Positions 51,447-61,123 of a stretch of 64,000 nucleotides of DNA are shown here, piece after piece. Every line of letters begins with the position of its first letter. Positions within the stretch are counted from its first letter, which is position 1. This DNA is from an uncultured Pelagibacteraceae bacterium (lineage in GTDB: Bacteria > Pseudomonadota > Alphaproteobacteria > Pelagibacterales > Pelagibacteraceae), in NCBI GenBank assembly GCA_902591415.1, contig CACJAU010000003.1, positions 11,537-75,536 on the forward strand, written 5' to 3'. The position numbers were made by a program, and so were the translations under genes. The notes under the pieces were generated by a model. It worked only from the letters and a program-made list of their open reading frames with translations. It had not been told where the DNA came from and did not search any database.

Positions 51447-54095
51447 TTAATTAATACTAGACACAATACTTCTTAATTTTCCATCTTCAATAGTTAATTC
51501 TTTAACTAAATTTTTATCATTTTGTACTATTTCTTTAGGTGCATTTGTCACATAAGCCTTATTTTTGAGCTTATTATTTAAATTAATTATTTGTTTATTA
51601 ATTGTCTCAATTTTTTGTAAAATTCTCTCTTTTTGAGATCCTAAATTTACATCCTCATTAAAATTTAATGAAAGTTTTTCCTTTAGAACCAAGATATCAA
51701 TTGAGTTTTTATCTCTTATTTTTTTTGTAAGTACATTATTTACTCTACCAACCTGTTTTATCAAATTTATATTTTTATTTACCAATTTCTTTAATTTCCC
51801 TGATTTATCATCAAAAAATATGTCACAATATAATTTTGGTGTAATTTTTAACTCTGCTTTAGTAGATCTAATGTTAGAAATTATTTCAATTAAATCATTT
51901 ATATTATTTTGATTTTTGCTAAATTTACTGATTACCTTTAAATCTGGCCAACTGGAACAGATTAAAAAATCATTAAAAATCTTTTTATAAGCATTTAAAG
52001 ACCACAAGTTCTCGGTGAAAAAAGGGATAAACGGATGAAGAATTCTAAGAATATTTGCCATCATAAATGATGAGAAGGCCTTAGCCTCTTTAATTTCAAT
52101 TTTATTTTTTGAATTAAAAATAGGTTTTAAGAACTCTAAATACCAATCGCAATAAGAATGCCAAACAAATTGATATGCATACTTAGCAGCCTCATCAAAC
52201 CTAAATATTTCAATATTTTTTGTTATTAAATTTTGTGTTTTTATAAATTCATTGTAAATCCAATGGTTAATTGGAAGTTTGATTAAGGTCAAATTTATCT
52301 TTTTATCTAATTTACAATCATTAAGTTTTAAAAAATTATTTGCACTCCAAATTTTTGTTATAAAGTTTCTATTACCAGTAACTCTATCTTTTGATAATTT
52401 TACATCTCGTCCCGGAGAGGCCATCGAAATTAAAGTAAACCTTAAACTATCTGCTCCATATTCACTTATTAAATCTAATGGATCAATCACATTACCTTTT
52501 GACTTTGACATTTTTTGCCCCTTTTCATCTCTTACTAAGGCATGAACATATACTTTATGAAAAGGTGTGTTTTTTCTGAAATAATTTCCCATCATCAACA
52601 TCCTTGCTACCCAAAAAAAAATTATATCAAAACCAGTAACAAGAACTGAAGTAGGATAAAATTTATTAAGTTCCTTAGTTTTTTTTGGCCATCCAAGAGT
52701 TGCGAAAGGCCATAAAGCTGAAGAAAACCAGGTATCTAAAACATCTGTTTCCTGTCTTAACTTAAATTCTTTATTTCCATTTTTTTTTTTTGATAGTTTT
52801 ATTGCATCTTTTTCATTTTCAGCTACAAAAATATTTCCTTTTTCATCATACCAAGCAGGTATTCTATGACCCCACCAAATCTGTCGAGATATACACCAAG
52901 GCTCAATTTCATTCATCCATTGAAAAAATGTTTTAGACCAGTTATTTGGAAAAAATGAAGTTTTACCCTCTTTAACTATCTTTATAGGTTTTTTTGATAA
53001 CTTTTTTGCATCTACGAACCATTGCTCTGTTAAAAGAGGCTCGATTATAGTGTTTGATCTATCTCCGTATGGAACCTTATTTTTAATATTTTCAATTTTT
53101 ACTAGGGAACCTATTTCCTTCAATTTTTTAATTAAAAGCTTTCTTGCTTCAAATCTATCTAAACCATGAAACTCTTTAACCCCATTTTTATTTATTTTTC
53201 CGTTTTTTTCAAAAATATTTATTATTTCTAATTTATTTCTCTTACCAACTTCGTAGTCATTAAAATCATGGGCTGGTGTAATTTTTACAGCCCCTGAACC
53301 TTGGTCTGGATCTGCATAATGATCAGAAATAATTTTTATAGTTCTGTTTACAATTGGAATAATAACGTTTTTTCCAATTAAATTAATATATCTTTTATCC
53401 TTTGGATTAACAGCTACCGCCGTATCTCCCATCATAGTTTCTGGCCTGGTAGTTGCGATTGTGATTTTTTGATCAGAGTTTTCGATTGAATAATCAATAT
53501 AGTATAATTGTGATTGAACATCTTTTTGAATAACTTCTAAGTCAGAAATAGCGGTTTGAAGTTTAGTATCCCAATTAATTAATTTTTTATCCTTGTAAAT
53601 TAACTTATTGTTATAAAGATCAACAAAAACTTTAATTACAGCTTTTGACAAATCTTTATCCATAGTGAACCTAGTTCTTGACCAATCGCAAGAACAGCCT
53701 AATTTCTTCAGTTGATCTAAAATAATTCCACCTGACTGTTCTTTCCATTTCCAAATTTTTTGAATAAATTTTTCTCTTCCTAAATCATTTTTTTTAATTC
53801 CTTCTTTTAAAAGATTATTTTCTACAACTGCTTGGGTTGCAATCCCGGCATGATCAGTTCCTGGCTGCCATAGTGTTTCAAAACCTTTCATCCGATTAAA
53901 TCTAACTAGAACATCTTGAAGACTATTGTTTAAAGCATGTCCCATATGCAGTCTTCCGGTTACATTAGGTGGAGGAATTACTATAGAAAATTTTTTATTT
54001 GATTTTCCTTTTTTTGGTTTGAATAAACCTTTTTTAATCCAAAAATCAGATATTTTTTTCTCTTCTTTAGTGTGATTGTATTTTTTAAATTCCAT
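51447..54095 (-). CDS. valS: Valine--tRNA ligase
   Basis: PPPNVTG.LHMGH, WCISRQ, DVLDTWFSS, KMSKS. Confidence 0.98.
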   Translation of the reverse strand: MEFKKYNHTKEEKKISDFWIKKGLFKPKKGKSNKKFSIVIPPPNVTGRLHMGHALNNSLQDVLVRFNRMKGFETLWQPGTDHAGIATQAVVENNLLKEGIKKNDLGREKFIQKIWKWKEQSGGIILDQLKKLGCSCDWSRTRFTMDKDLSKAVIKVFVDLYNNKLIYKDKKLINWDTKLQTAISDLEVIQKDVQSQLYYIDYSIENSDQKITIATTRPETMMGDTAVAVNPKDKRYINLIGKNVIIPIVNRTIKIISDHYADPDQGSGAVKITPAHDFNDYEVGKRNKLEIINIFEKNGKINKNGVKEFHGLDRFEARKLLIKKLKEIGSLVKIENIKNKVPYGDRSNTIIEPLLTEQWFVDAKKLSKKPIKIVKEGKTSFFPNNWSKTFFQWMNEIEPWCISRQIWWGHRIPAWYDEKGNIFVAENEKDAIKLSKKKNGNKEFKLRQETDVLDTWFSSALWPFATLGWPKKTKELNKFYPTSVLVTGFDIIFFWVARMLMMGNYFRKNTPFHKVYVHALVRDEKGQKMSKSKGNVIDPLDLISEYGADSLRFTLISMASPGRDVKLSKDRVTGNRNFITKIWSANNFLKLNDCKLDKKINLTLIKLPINHWIYNEFIKTQNLITKNIEIFRFDEAAKYAYQFVWHSYCDWYLEFLKPIFNSKNKIEIKEAKAFSSFMMANILRILHPFIPFFTENLWSLNAYKKIFNDFLICSSWPDLKVISKFSKNQNNINDLIEIISNIRSTKAELKITPKLYCDIFFDDKSGKLKKLVNKNINLIKQVGRVNNVLTKKIRDKNSIDILVLKEKLSLNFNEDVNLGSQKERILQKIETINKQIINLNNKLKNKAYVTNAPKEIVQNDKNLVKELTIEDGKLRSIVSSIN

Positions 54096-54129
54096 TTTTT
54101 TTTTGGTATGTAGAGGTATATATCAGATT

Positions 54130-55392
54130 TCAAGATCTATTAAGTTTAAAATCTAGATATAAGGCAGCAGTCCAAGAAAAATTTTTAGCGCCCATTCCTA
54201 AACCTGACTTACAACTATAATATTCACGAAATTTTTTTCTCTCGACTAAATTAATGGTCTTTTTTCTTATAATTTCTGCGAATTTTTTATCTTTATTTTT
54301 CAATCCTTGATAAATAATCCAATTGCAATTAACCCATACCGGTCCCCTCCAGTACCTCTTTTCTTCAAAAGATTTATGTTTAGAACTTATTGAAGGAAAA
54401 AAATATTTTTCGTTCTTATAATATTTTTTTAAATTTTTTATTAATCTTCTATTAATTAAATTATTATTTAAATCAGCAAAAAGCATAAAAAAATTAGTTA
54501 TTGATGGTATTTCTATTGAAGTATCATTTTTAAGATCTTTATTTTTAAATTTCATTTTTTTTGAATTAAATAATTTTACAAGTTTGCTTTCATTTAAAAG
54601 AATATATTTTTTTAATAAAGAGCTACTTTTACCTATAAATTTTAGTAAAAAATCTACATCTTTTAAAGCTTTTAAAAAAAGTGAATTAAATCCTACATCT
54701 ACAACATTAAATTTTGATTTGAAGTAAAGTTTTTTAGGATCATAATTCAATTCCCTTAAGTGATTTTTTATCGTGACATATCGGTCGTAATCTATTTTTA
54801 ATGGTCTTTGACTTTTTTTAACAATTTTATTATCCTTTCTTTTATAGCTAAGTTTAGAGTCTATTTTGATTTTGCTCATCGGTTTGTCCCATAAAGGAGA
54901 ATTGTCATATCCACTTTCCCATGGATGAAGTATAGAGATTAAACCAGTTCTTTTTGGATCTCTGTATCTAATAAACCATTCTAAATATTTTTTAATCTTT
55001 AATATTAATGTTTGATATTTTTTTATATCCTTTTTTGAAAATTTTTGTCTCTCAATAATTATCCTTAATATACTAGCTAATATTGGTGGTTGAGTAATTC
55101 CAGATGAGGAAATTTTTCTACCACAATTCCAAGCTTTATAGTTAGGAGTATAATTTAAATCTTTAATATGAAAAAGAATATGTGGAATCATTCCATCGTC
55201 CCATTGTCCAGAAATTAAAGTCTCAATTTCTTTAAAGGAGTAATCTAAATTGAAATTAGAATATCCTAACGCAATAAAAGCTGAGTCCCAATTCCACTGA
55301 GCTGGATAAAGTTTAGTATTAGTTGGTAAAGTATAATTTGATCTTCTATTATTAATTAGGGTTTTTTTTGCAAATTTAATTGTACTATTCAT
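54130..55392 (-). CDS. GH63/MGH1-like glycoside hydrolase (glucosylglycerate/mannosylglycerate hydrolase-like)
   Basis: YPAQWNWDSAF, GMIPHI.F, SGITQPP, HPWESGYDNSP.WD, YWRGPVW, F.EYY...G.G.G...FSWTAA. Confidence 0.85.
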   Translation of the reverse strand: MNSTIKFAKKTLINNRRSNYTLPTNTKLYPAQWNWDSAFIALGYSNFNLDYSFKEIETLISGQWDDGMIPHILFHIKDLNYTPNYKAWNCGRKISSSGITQPPILASILRIIIERQKFSKKDIKKYQTLILKIKKYLEWFIRYRDPKRTGLISILHPWESGYDNSPLWDKPMSKIKIDSKLSYKRKDNKIVKKSQRPLKIDYDRYVTIKNHLRELNYDPKKLYFKSKFNVVDVGFNSLFLKALKDVDFLLKFIGKSSSLLKKYILLNESKLVKLFNSKKMKFKNKDLKNDTSIEIPSITNFFMLFADLNNNLINRRLIKNLKKYYKNEKYFFPSISSKHKSFEEKRYWRGPVWVNCNWIIYQGLKNKDKKFAEIIRKKTINLVERKKFREYYSCKSGLGMGAKNFSWTAALYLDFKLNRS

Positions 55393-56585
55393 TATCCTTT
55401 TACACTTCCAGCTGTCAATCCGCTTACTAAATATTTTTCAAAATATATAAAGATTAAAAGTATTGGCAAAGTAACTACCACGGATCCGGCCATTAGATAT
55501 TGCCGTGGAGTTTCAGCATCGCCAGTTAAATGATTTATTGCTCTAGATAATGTGAATGTTTTGGGATTATCTAAAAACATTAGAGAAAACAAAAATTCAT
55601 TCCATGCTATCATGAATACATATAACGACACCGAAGCGATAGCAGGTAAACTGAGGGGAATTATTATTTTAATAATTATTCCAAACCAATTTTGTCCATC
55701 TATTAGTCCCGCCTCCTCTATTTCTTTAGGAATGCTTTTAAAATATCCCTGAAGCATATAGATGGCTACAGGTAAAGTGGTTGCTGTGTATACAATTAGT
55801 AAGCCTTCCACGGAATTTCTCAAACCTAGTTGACTAAAGACAGTGTATAAAGGAATTACTAAAACAATTGCTGGGAACATATAGATTATTAATATTGATG
55901 TTGAAAGAAAGGTTTTGCCAAAGAAATTTAATCTTGCAACTGCATAAGCTGCCGGGATAGCAAATAATAAAGTGATTAAAACAGTTCCAATTGATACATA
56001 TGAACTTGTAAGAATGTATCTGCCAAAATCATATGTTTTGAAAATGACAAAGTAGGATTTAAATATCTCAAAGATATTTTTTGAAAAATCAATACTTAAA
56101 TCAAGAGGGTTAATTAATAGAGCAGTTTGAGTTTTAAAGCTTGTCACAAACATTATGTAAAAAGGAAATAATATAACTAATGCGAAAAATATAATTGCAA
56201 ATAAAGATAAAAACTCGAATACTATTTTTTCTGATATAAAATCCTGATTTAAATATTTAAAATCATATTTTTTTAATTTATTTGTAAAAAATAAAATTAA
56301 TAAAAATATACCTACTGAAAACCATAAAGGAGAGCTCTCGTTTAAAAATGTATATAAAATTGTAAATGATAAAGACAATATTAAAATTTTTAAAATATGA
56401 TTAAACCTGTTTCCAATTAATATACAAATTACAGTTAATCCAAGTGATAATGATAGATTAAGATTAAAATTAAGATTTGTAAAACTTAAACCTTGCAAAG
56501 TTGCCAATATTTTCCATATACAAATAATTATTGTTAGAAAAATTGATGATGCAAATAACGTAATTGTTAAAGATTTAAATTTCAT
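55392..56585 (-). CDS. Carbohydrate ABC transporter permease (MalG-like) with N-terminal TM extension
   Basis: EAA motif EIEEAGLIDG; WNEF; GLTAGSVKG end. Confidence 0.9.
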   Translation of the reverse strand: MKFKSLTITLFASSIFLTIIICIWKILATLQGLSFTNLNFNLNLSLSLGLTVICILIGNRFNHILKILILSLSFTILYTFLNESSPLWFSVGIFLLILFFTNKLKKYDFKYLNQDFISEKIVFEFLSLFAIIFFALVILFPFYIMFVTSFKTQTALLINPLDLSIDFSKNIFEIFKSYFVIFKTYDFGRYILTSSYVSIGTVLITLLFAIPAAYAVARLNFFGKTFLSTSILIIYMFPAIVLVIPLYTVFSQLGLRNSVEGLLIVYTATTLPVAIYMLQGYFKSIPKEIEEAGLIDGQNWFGIIIKIIIPLSLPAIASVSLYVFMIAWNEFLFSLMFLDNPKTFTLSRAINHLTGDAETPRQYLMAGSVVVTLPILLIFIYFEKYLVSGLTAGSVKG

Positions 56586-57834
56586 TTGCCTTTTTCCCGA
56601 TTAATTTAAAATAAATAATCATAAAAGTTATTAATAATAATACAATTACTATTGAAACTGCTGAACCCATTCCAATATTTGATACTGCAAATCCTTGTTG
56701 ATATACACTTATAGGTAAAGTTAAAGTACCCGAAGCGCCACCAGTTAATAAAAATATATCTTCAAATTTATTAAAGTTCCAAATAAATCTAATCATGAAT
56801 AAAATTGATAAAATTGCTGTAATTTGCGGAAGAGTAATATAAAAAAATTTTCTAAATGGTCCAGCACCGTCTACATCGGCAGCCTCGTAAAGATCCCTGG
56901 GAATAGCTTGTAGTCTAGCCAATATAAATAAAAAAGCTAAAGGAAAATATCGCCAAATCTCAAAAAATATTACTGTGGTCAAAGCTAATCTAAGTTTCAA
57001 CTCAAATCCTAAAATATTAATTATTAAATACTTTTGTCCAAGTAAATTTATGGGTTTTTCGAGAACTCCATAATTCACAAGAAGGGAATTTATTGTACCG
57101 CTATTAGGATCTAATAGTAAAGTCCAGGTATAAGCCAAAGCAACAACAGGTCCTACATAAGGAAAAAGTAGTATACTTCTCATAAAAGTTCTTCCGTAAA
57201 ATTTTTGATTTACAAGTTGGGCAGCGAATATACCAAACAAAATAGCTCCAAGTGTTCCAAAAAAAGTAAAGTAAAAAGTCGTCATTAAAAGATCAAAAAA
57301 GTTGTTATTCATGAAAACATTTTTAAAATTTTTGAGGGTAAAATCTACAGTCAATAAGATGTTGTTAGATTTTCCATCCAATTCTGGTTTATTAGATTTG
57401 ACATTATTAATGTTAATAGAATTATTATTTACATCTTTTACAAAAATTTCAAAATTTTCACGATAACCTGCCTCCCAATTTCCAAAAAAACATTTAACTT
57501 TTTGTGACTTAAATTCACATCTTTTATCTAAATTAATTGGTTCAATATTTTTAGGTAATTTTTCTGAAAATCTAACTTCTCTAATATCTTGGATTAAAGA
57601 ACTATTTCTTAATTTATAGATAATTTGCAATTCTGAATTGCTATTTTGTAATTTTTTTACAATTTTTTTTGCCCTAGGCTCGGGAATTCTTATATCTTTT
57701 AGTCCAACTTCTTTGAAACTAATCCAGACATTTGCAAAAATTGGAAATAAAATAATTGCAAAAACTAGACATACAGCAGGTAAAAGAAGTGTATATGCCG
57801 TCCTTTTTTCTATTTTTGATAATGTCGTGCTCAT
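56575..57834 (-). CDS. Carbohydrate ABC transporter permease (MalF-like) with a periplasmic insertion
   Basis: EAA motif LYEAADVDGA; W.YFP..F; LTGG. Confidence 0.9.
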   Translation of the reverse strand: MSTTLSKIEKRTAYTLLLPAVCLVFAIILFPIFANVWISFKEVGLKDIRIPEPRAKKIVKKLQNSNSELQIIYKLRNSSLIQDIREVRFSEKLPKNIEPINLDKRCEFKSQKVKCFFGNWEAGYRENFEIFVKDVNNNSININNVKSNKPELDGKSNNILLTVDFTLKNFKNVFMNNNFFDLLMTTFYFTFFGTLGAILFGIFAAQLVNQKFYGRTFMRSILLFPYVGPVVALAYTWTLLLDPNSGTINSLLVNYGVLEKPINLLGQKYLIINILGFELKLRLALTTVIFFEIWRYFPLAFLFILARLQAIPRDLYEAADVDGAGPFRKFFYITLPQITAILSILFMIRFIWNFNKFEDIFLLTGGASGTLTLPISVYQQGFAVSNIGMGSAVSIVIVLLLITFMIIYFKLIGKKANEI

Positions 57835-57869
57835 TTAAAAGCGGATAATATCTTATTATCCGCTTTTAA
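57835..57869 (-). terminator. Perfect intercistronic hairpin (attenuating terminator or mRNA-stabilising stem-loop)
   Basis: TTAAAAGCGGATAATA-tct-TATTATCCGCTTTTAA, 16-bp perfect stem between the SBP stop and the permease ATG. Confidence 0.75.
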
Positions 57870-57881
57870 GAAATATATTTG

Positions 57882-59204
57882 CTAGAATTTTGCTAATTCA
57901 GCGTTAATTTTTTTAACTGCCTCATCAACAGATATTTGATCATCAATGTATTCTCTTGTAATTCTATTTAAGAATTGAGCATTGATAATTTTTGACGCTC
58001 TAGAAAGTTCGCCTTCTTTTACTCCCCATCTGTTTGCAGTATCTAATCCTGCCACAATGTTATTAATTACATCTGGTGAATAAAGTTCAGTTAGTGGTTT
58101 TTTTCTGTCCACACCAACTGGCAGCTTGCTCCAAGCTTTTGTGAATGCAGCTGCGTCTGAAGAATTTCCTCTTCTTACAGGAAATTTTCCTTCTGGCGCA
58201 ATTGCTAAAGTTTTTGTGTATCCTTCATCCATAGAATACTCAACAAACTTTTTTGCTTCATCTGTATCTGCGTCAGCAGTAATACCAAAATATCTTACAT
58301 CTGCCCAAGCAGCACCCTTCTTATTGTTAGGTCCACTAAAATTAGTTATGAAACCAGTTTTAGATGCAAGTTCAGGTGATGTTGGATCGCTATTTATTGT
58401 TGGAGGAGCTGAGTCTCTCAGTCCAGCTAATTCATCCATAATAAAAGGTGACCAAATTATCATTGGTGTTTTTCCTGCAAAATAAAGTTCTCTAGATTGT
58501 TTCCAAAATAATTCTCCTGGAGGGCTAGCTTTAGCTATTATTTTATAAAACTCTAAAGAGTTTTTAAGAGCTTTACCTTGTTTTTTTGTTCCACCTTTCT
58601 TAACAAAGTTAACTCCATTAGCAAGAAGAACATGCTCAAGAACTTGGCTCATAAAGTTTTCATCGGTTTTAGTTGCAGCAACAAATCCGAACATATCTTT
58701 ACTAGAAAGAGCTTTTACAGCCTTAGTTATATTTTCATAACTTGTTGGTGGTTCGAGACCTGCTTTTTCAAATAAGTCTTTTCTGTACACTACCATTTGA
58801 GTCCATCCATCTACTGGCACGGCAGCAATTTTTCCACCTTTTTTTGCCATGTTTAATGCTCCCGGTGCAAAAGTTTTTTTTCCTAAACTTTTAACAACAT
58901 CGTTATTTGCATTTACGTCAAGTATGCCTGCCTCAGCCCAAGGTAGAACATATTGAAGAGTATGGTAGATGACATCTGGCAAATTTCCAGCAGCAGCGGC
59001 TGCAGTAGCCCGTGACCCTAAATCTTTTTCCTCAACTGGGATAACTTCAACTTTAATACCAGTTTTGGATTCAAAGGATTTCGCCATTTCCATTTGTTTT
59101 TCCATTCTTGCTGGTTGAACTTCAGTAGTCCAAAAAGTAATGTCTGCAAAACTATTAGACGATAGTAAAGTTAAAGCAAAAATGAATGATATTACTTTTT
59201 TCAT
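57882..59204 (-). CDS. Carbohydrate ABC transporter substrate-binding protein (SBP_bac_1 type)
   Basis: Signal peptide; AAAGNLPDV, AVP, YRKDLF..AGL.PP motifs; upstream of two permeases. Confidence 0.9.
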   Translation of the reverse strand: MKKVISFIFALTLLSSNSFADITFWTTEVQPARMEKQMEMAKSFESKTGIKVEVIPVEEKDLGSRATAAAAAGNLPDVIYHTLQYVLPWAEAGILDVNANNDVVKSLGKKTFAPGALNMAKKGGKIAAVPVDGWTQMVVYRKDLFEKAGLEPPTSYENITKAVKALSSKDMFGFVAATKTDENFMSQVLEHVLLANGVNFVKKGGTKKQGKALKNSLEFYKIIAKASPPGELFWKQSRELYFAGKTPMIIWSPFIMDELAGLRDSAPPTINSDPTSPELASKTGFITNFSGPNNKKGAAWADVRYFGITADADTDEAKKFVEYSMDEGYTKTLAIAPEGKFPVRRGNSSDAAAFTKAWSKLPVGVDRKKPLTELYSPDVINNIVAGLDTANRWGVKEGELSRASKIINAQFLNRITREYIDDQISVDEAVKKINAELAKF

Positions 59205-59208
59205 TTTT

Positions 59209-59214
59209 CCTCCT
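59209..59214 (-). promoter_or_regulatory. Strong Shine-Dalgarno (AGGAGG) of the SBP gene
   Basis: cctcct on the + strand, 4 nt upstream of the ATG at 59204. Confidence 0.75.
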
Positions 59215-59324
59215 ATTAATTAAATAAATAATGTTTTAAGTTTAACAATAAGATAAGGAAATTTTATATGATTAAAATGCATACGAGGTTTGATAAAATC
59301 AAAAAAATTTCAAATTTTTGAATT

Positions 59325-60380
59325 ATGGCTTTTTTAAAATTTGAAGATATAGATAAATCTTTTGGTGAAAACAATGTAATTAGTAAATTTAACCTAGAGG
59401 TTGAAAAAGGAAAATTTATAGTATTGTTGGGTCCATCTGGTTGTGGAAAATCTACTCTACTAAGAATGATAGCTGGTTTGGAAAAAATTGATAACGGAAA
59501 AATACTTTTAGAAAATAATCTTTTAAACGATTTATTGCCTTCAAAAAGACAAATCGCAATGGTTTTCCAATCTTATGCTTTATATCCTCACATGAATGTT
59601 TATCAAAATATCTCTTTTGGTTTAAAATCTGAAAAAATTTCAAAAAATCAAATTAAAGAGAAAGTAATTGAAGCTGCAAAAATCTTAAAAATTGAAGAGT
59701 TTTTGGGTCGAAGACCAAAAGAACTATCAGGTGGACAAAGACAAAGAGTTGCTATTGGCAGGGCTATTACAAGAAAGCCTAAATTGTTTTTGTTTGATGA
59801 GCCACTTTCAAATCTTGATGCAGCCCTAAGATCAGAGATGAGAGTAGAAATTTCTAAATTACATAAAAAATTAAAAAGTAATATTGTTTATGTAACTCAT
59901 GACCAAATTGAAGCTATGACTTTAGCTGATAAAATTGTAATTATGAACAATGGAAAAATTGAACAGTATGGTAGTCCTGAAGATATCTACAATAATCCGA
60001 CAAATATTTTTGTAGCTGAATTTATAGGAAACCCTAAAATGAATATTTTAAAGATCAAAACTAATGATATTATAAATAAAAATACTTTTAAATTACTTGA
60101 TAAAGAAATTAAATTTGAAAACTTTAATTTTAACAAAGAGTTTTATATAGGTATAAGACCAGAGGATATCTCTTTAGAAAAAAATAGTGAAATAGCAATC
60201 GATATAAATGTTGATCTTATTGAAAATTTGGGCTCAGAAAAAATCATATACACTCATTTAAATGGTACAGAAATGAGAATAAAATCCAGCAAAAATATTA
60301 AAGATAAAAATATTACAATTTACTTACCAAAAAATAAGCTATATTTATTCGATAATAATAAAGATAGATTAAAAGCATGA
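59325..60380 (+). CDS. Carbohydrate ABC transporter ATP-binding protein (MalK/UgpC-like)
   Basis: GPSGCGKST, VFQSYALYPHM, LSGGQRQR, DEPLSNLD, YVTHDQ; C-terminal TOBE. Confidence 0.95.
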   Translation: MAFLKFEDIDKSFGENNVISKFNLEVEKGKFIVLLGPSGCGKSTLLRMIAGLEKIDNGKILLENNLLNDLLPSKRQIAMVFQSYALYPHMNVYQNISFGLKSEKISKNQIKEKVIEAAKILKIEEFLGRRPKELSGGQRQRVAIGRAITRKPKLFLFDEPLSNLDAALRSEMRVEISKLHKKLKSNIVYVTHDQIEAMTLADKIVIMNNGKIEQYGSPEDIYNNPTNIFVAEFIGNPKMNILKIKTNDIINKNTFKLLDKEIKFENFNFNKEFYIGIRPEDISLEKNSEIAIDINVDLIENLGSEKIIYTHLNGTEMRIKSSKNIKDKNITIYLPKNKLYLFDNNKDRLKA

Positions 60381-60408
60381 AACCCTTCATGATTTTATCT
60401 GTGAGAAC

Positions 60409-60482
60409 GGCCACGTGGCGGAATGGTTACGCAGAGGATTGCAAATCCTTTTATTCCAGTTCGATTCTGGACGTGGCCTCCA
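60409..60482 (+). tRNA. tRNA-Cys(GCA)
   Basis: GGCCACGTGGCGGAATGG...AGGA TT GCA AA TCCT...AGTTCGATTCT...GGCCTCCA. Confidence 0.96.
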
Positions 60483-60493
60483 ATAAAATCATA

Positions 60494-61120
60494 TTATTTA
60501 TACTGAACATTAGCTAAAAATTTTTCAAATTCATAAGTTGTAATAGTTACTTTTGTATTATCTGGAAATGCTACTCCATCTGGATTCTTGGCTTCTTTGC
60601 TCCAATCAATGGTTGAAACACTTACATAATCTCCAGACTCAAATTTAAAATAAGTATTAAAAGTTTTTGATTTGCCTGTTTTGTCATATGAATGATCGGC
60701 GTTAGATCTAATGACTTCCGTTTTATTGCCAAAGAATTTTAAAAGTTCTTGCTCAATTTCCTTTTTTTTAGATTTACAATAGTTAATATCTTCAGGGCAA
60801 AATATTCTTCCAGATAAAGCATATATTAAAAAATTTTTATCATTTGGTTTTATAGTAATACCTATATCATCATATGTATCTGAATTTATTCTTAGATCAT
60901 ACTCAGAACCGTTACCTGCTGTTATTGCAGCGTAAATATTATTCTTATAAAAAAAAGGGTAAGGCGTATTTAATTCTTTTTTAATTGACTCACTATCAAA
61001 ATATTCAAGTAAACTATCTTTTACGCTCATTCCACCAATTTGGAAATCTTTTATCTCATTCGAATAAATATTATTAATTATTAAAAAAAAAGAAAATAAA
61101 GTAGTAAAAAAAATTTTCAT
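60494..61120 (-). CDS. Secreted hypothetical protein (paralog of 61124-61696)
   Basis: Signal peptide, then IKDFQIGGMSVKDSLLEYF. Confidence 0.8.
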   Translation of the reverse strand: MKIFFTTLFSFFLIINNIYSNEIKDFQIGGMSVKDSLLEYFDSESIKKELNTPYPFFYKNNIYAAITAGNGSEYDLRINSDTYDDIGITIKPNDKNFLIYALSGRIFCPEDINYCKSKKKEIEQELLKFFGNKTEVIRSNADHSYDKTGKSKTFNTYFKFESGDYVSVSTIDWSKEAKNPDGVAFPDNTKVTITTYEFEKFLANVQYK

Positions 61121-61123
61121 AAT

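Noticed and set aside
59289-59322. Short palindromes TTTGAT-aaa-ATCAAA and TTCAAA-tt-TTTGAA upstream of the ABC ATPase
   Set aside because: 6-bp AT-rich arms are expected by chance at this composition and no regulator gene is nearby
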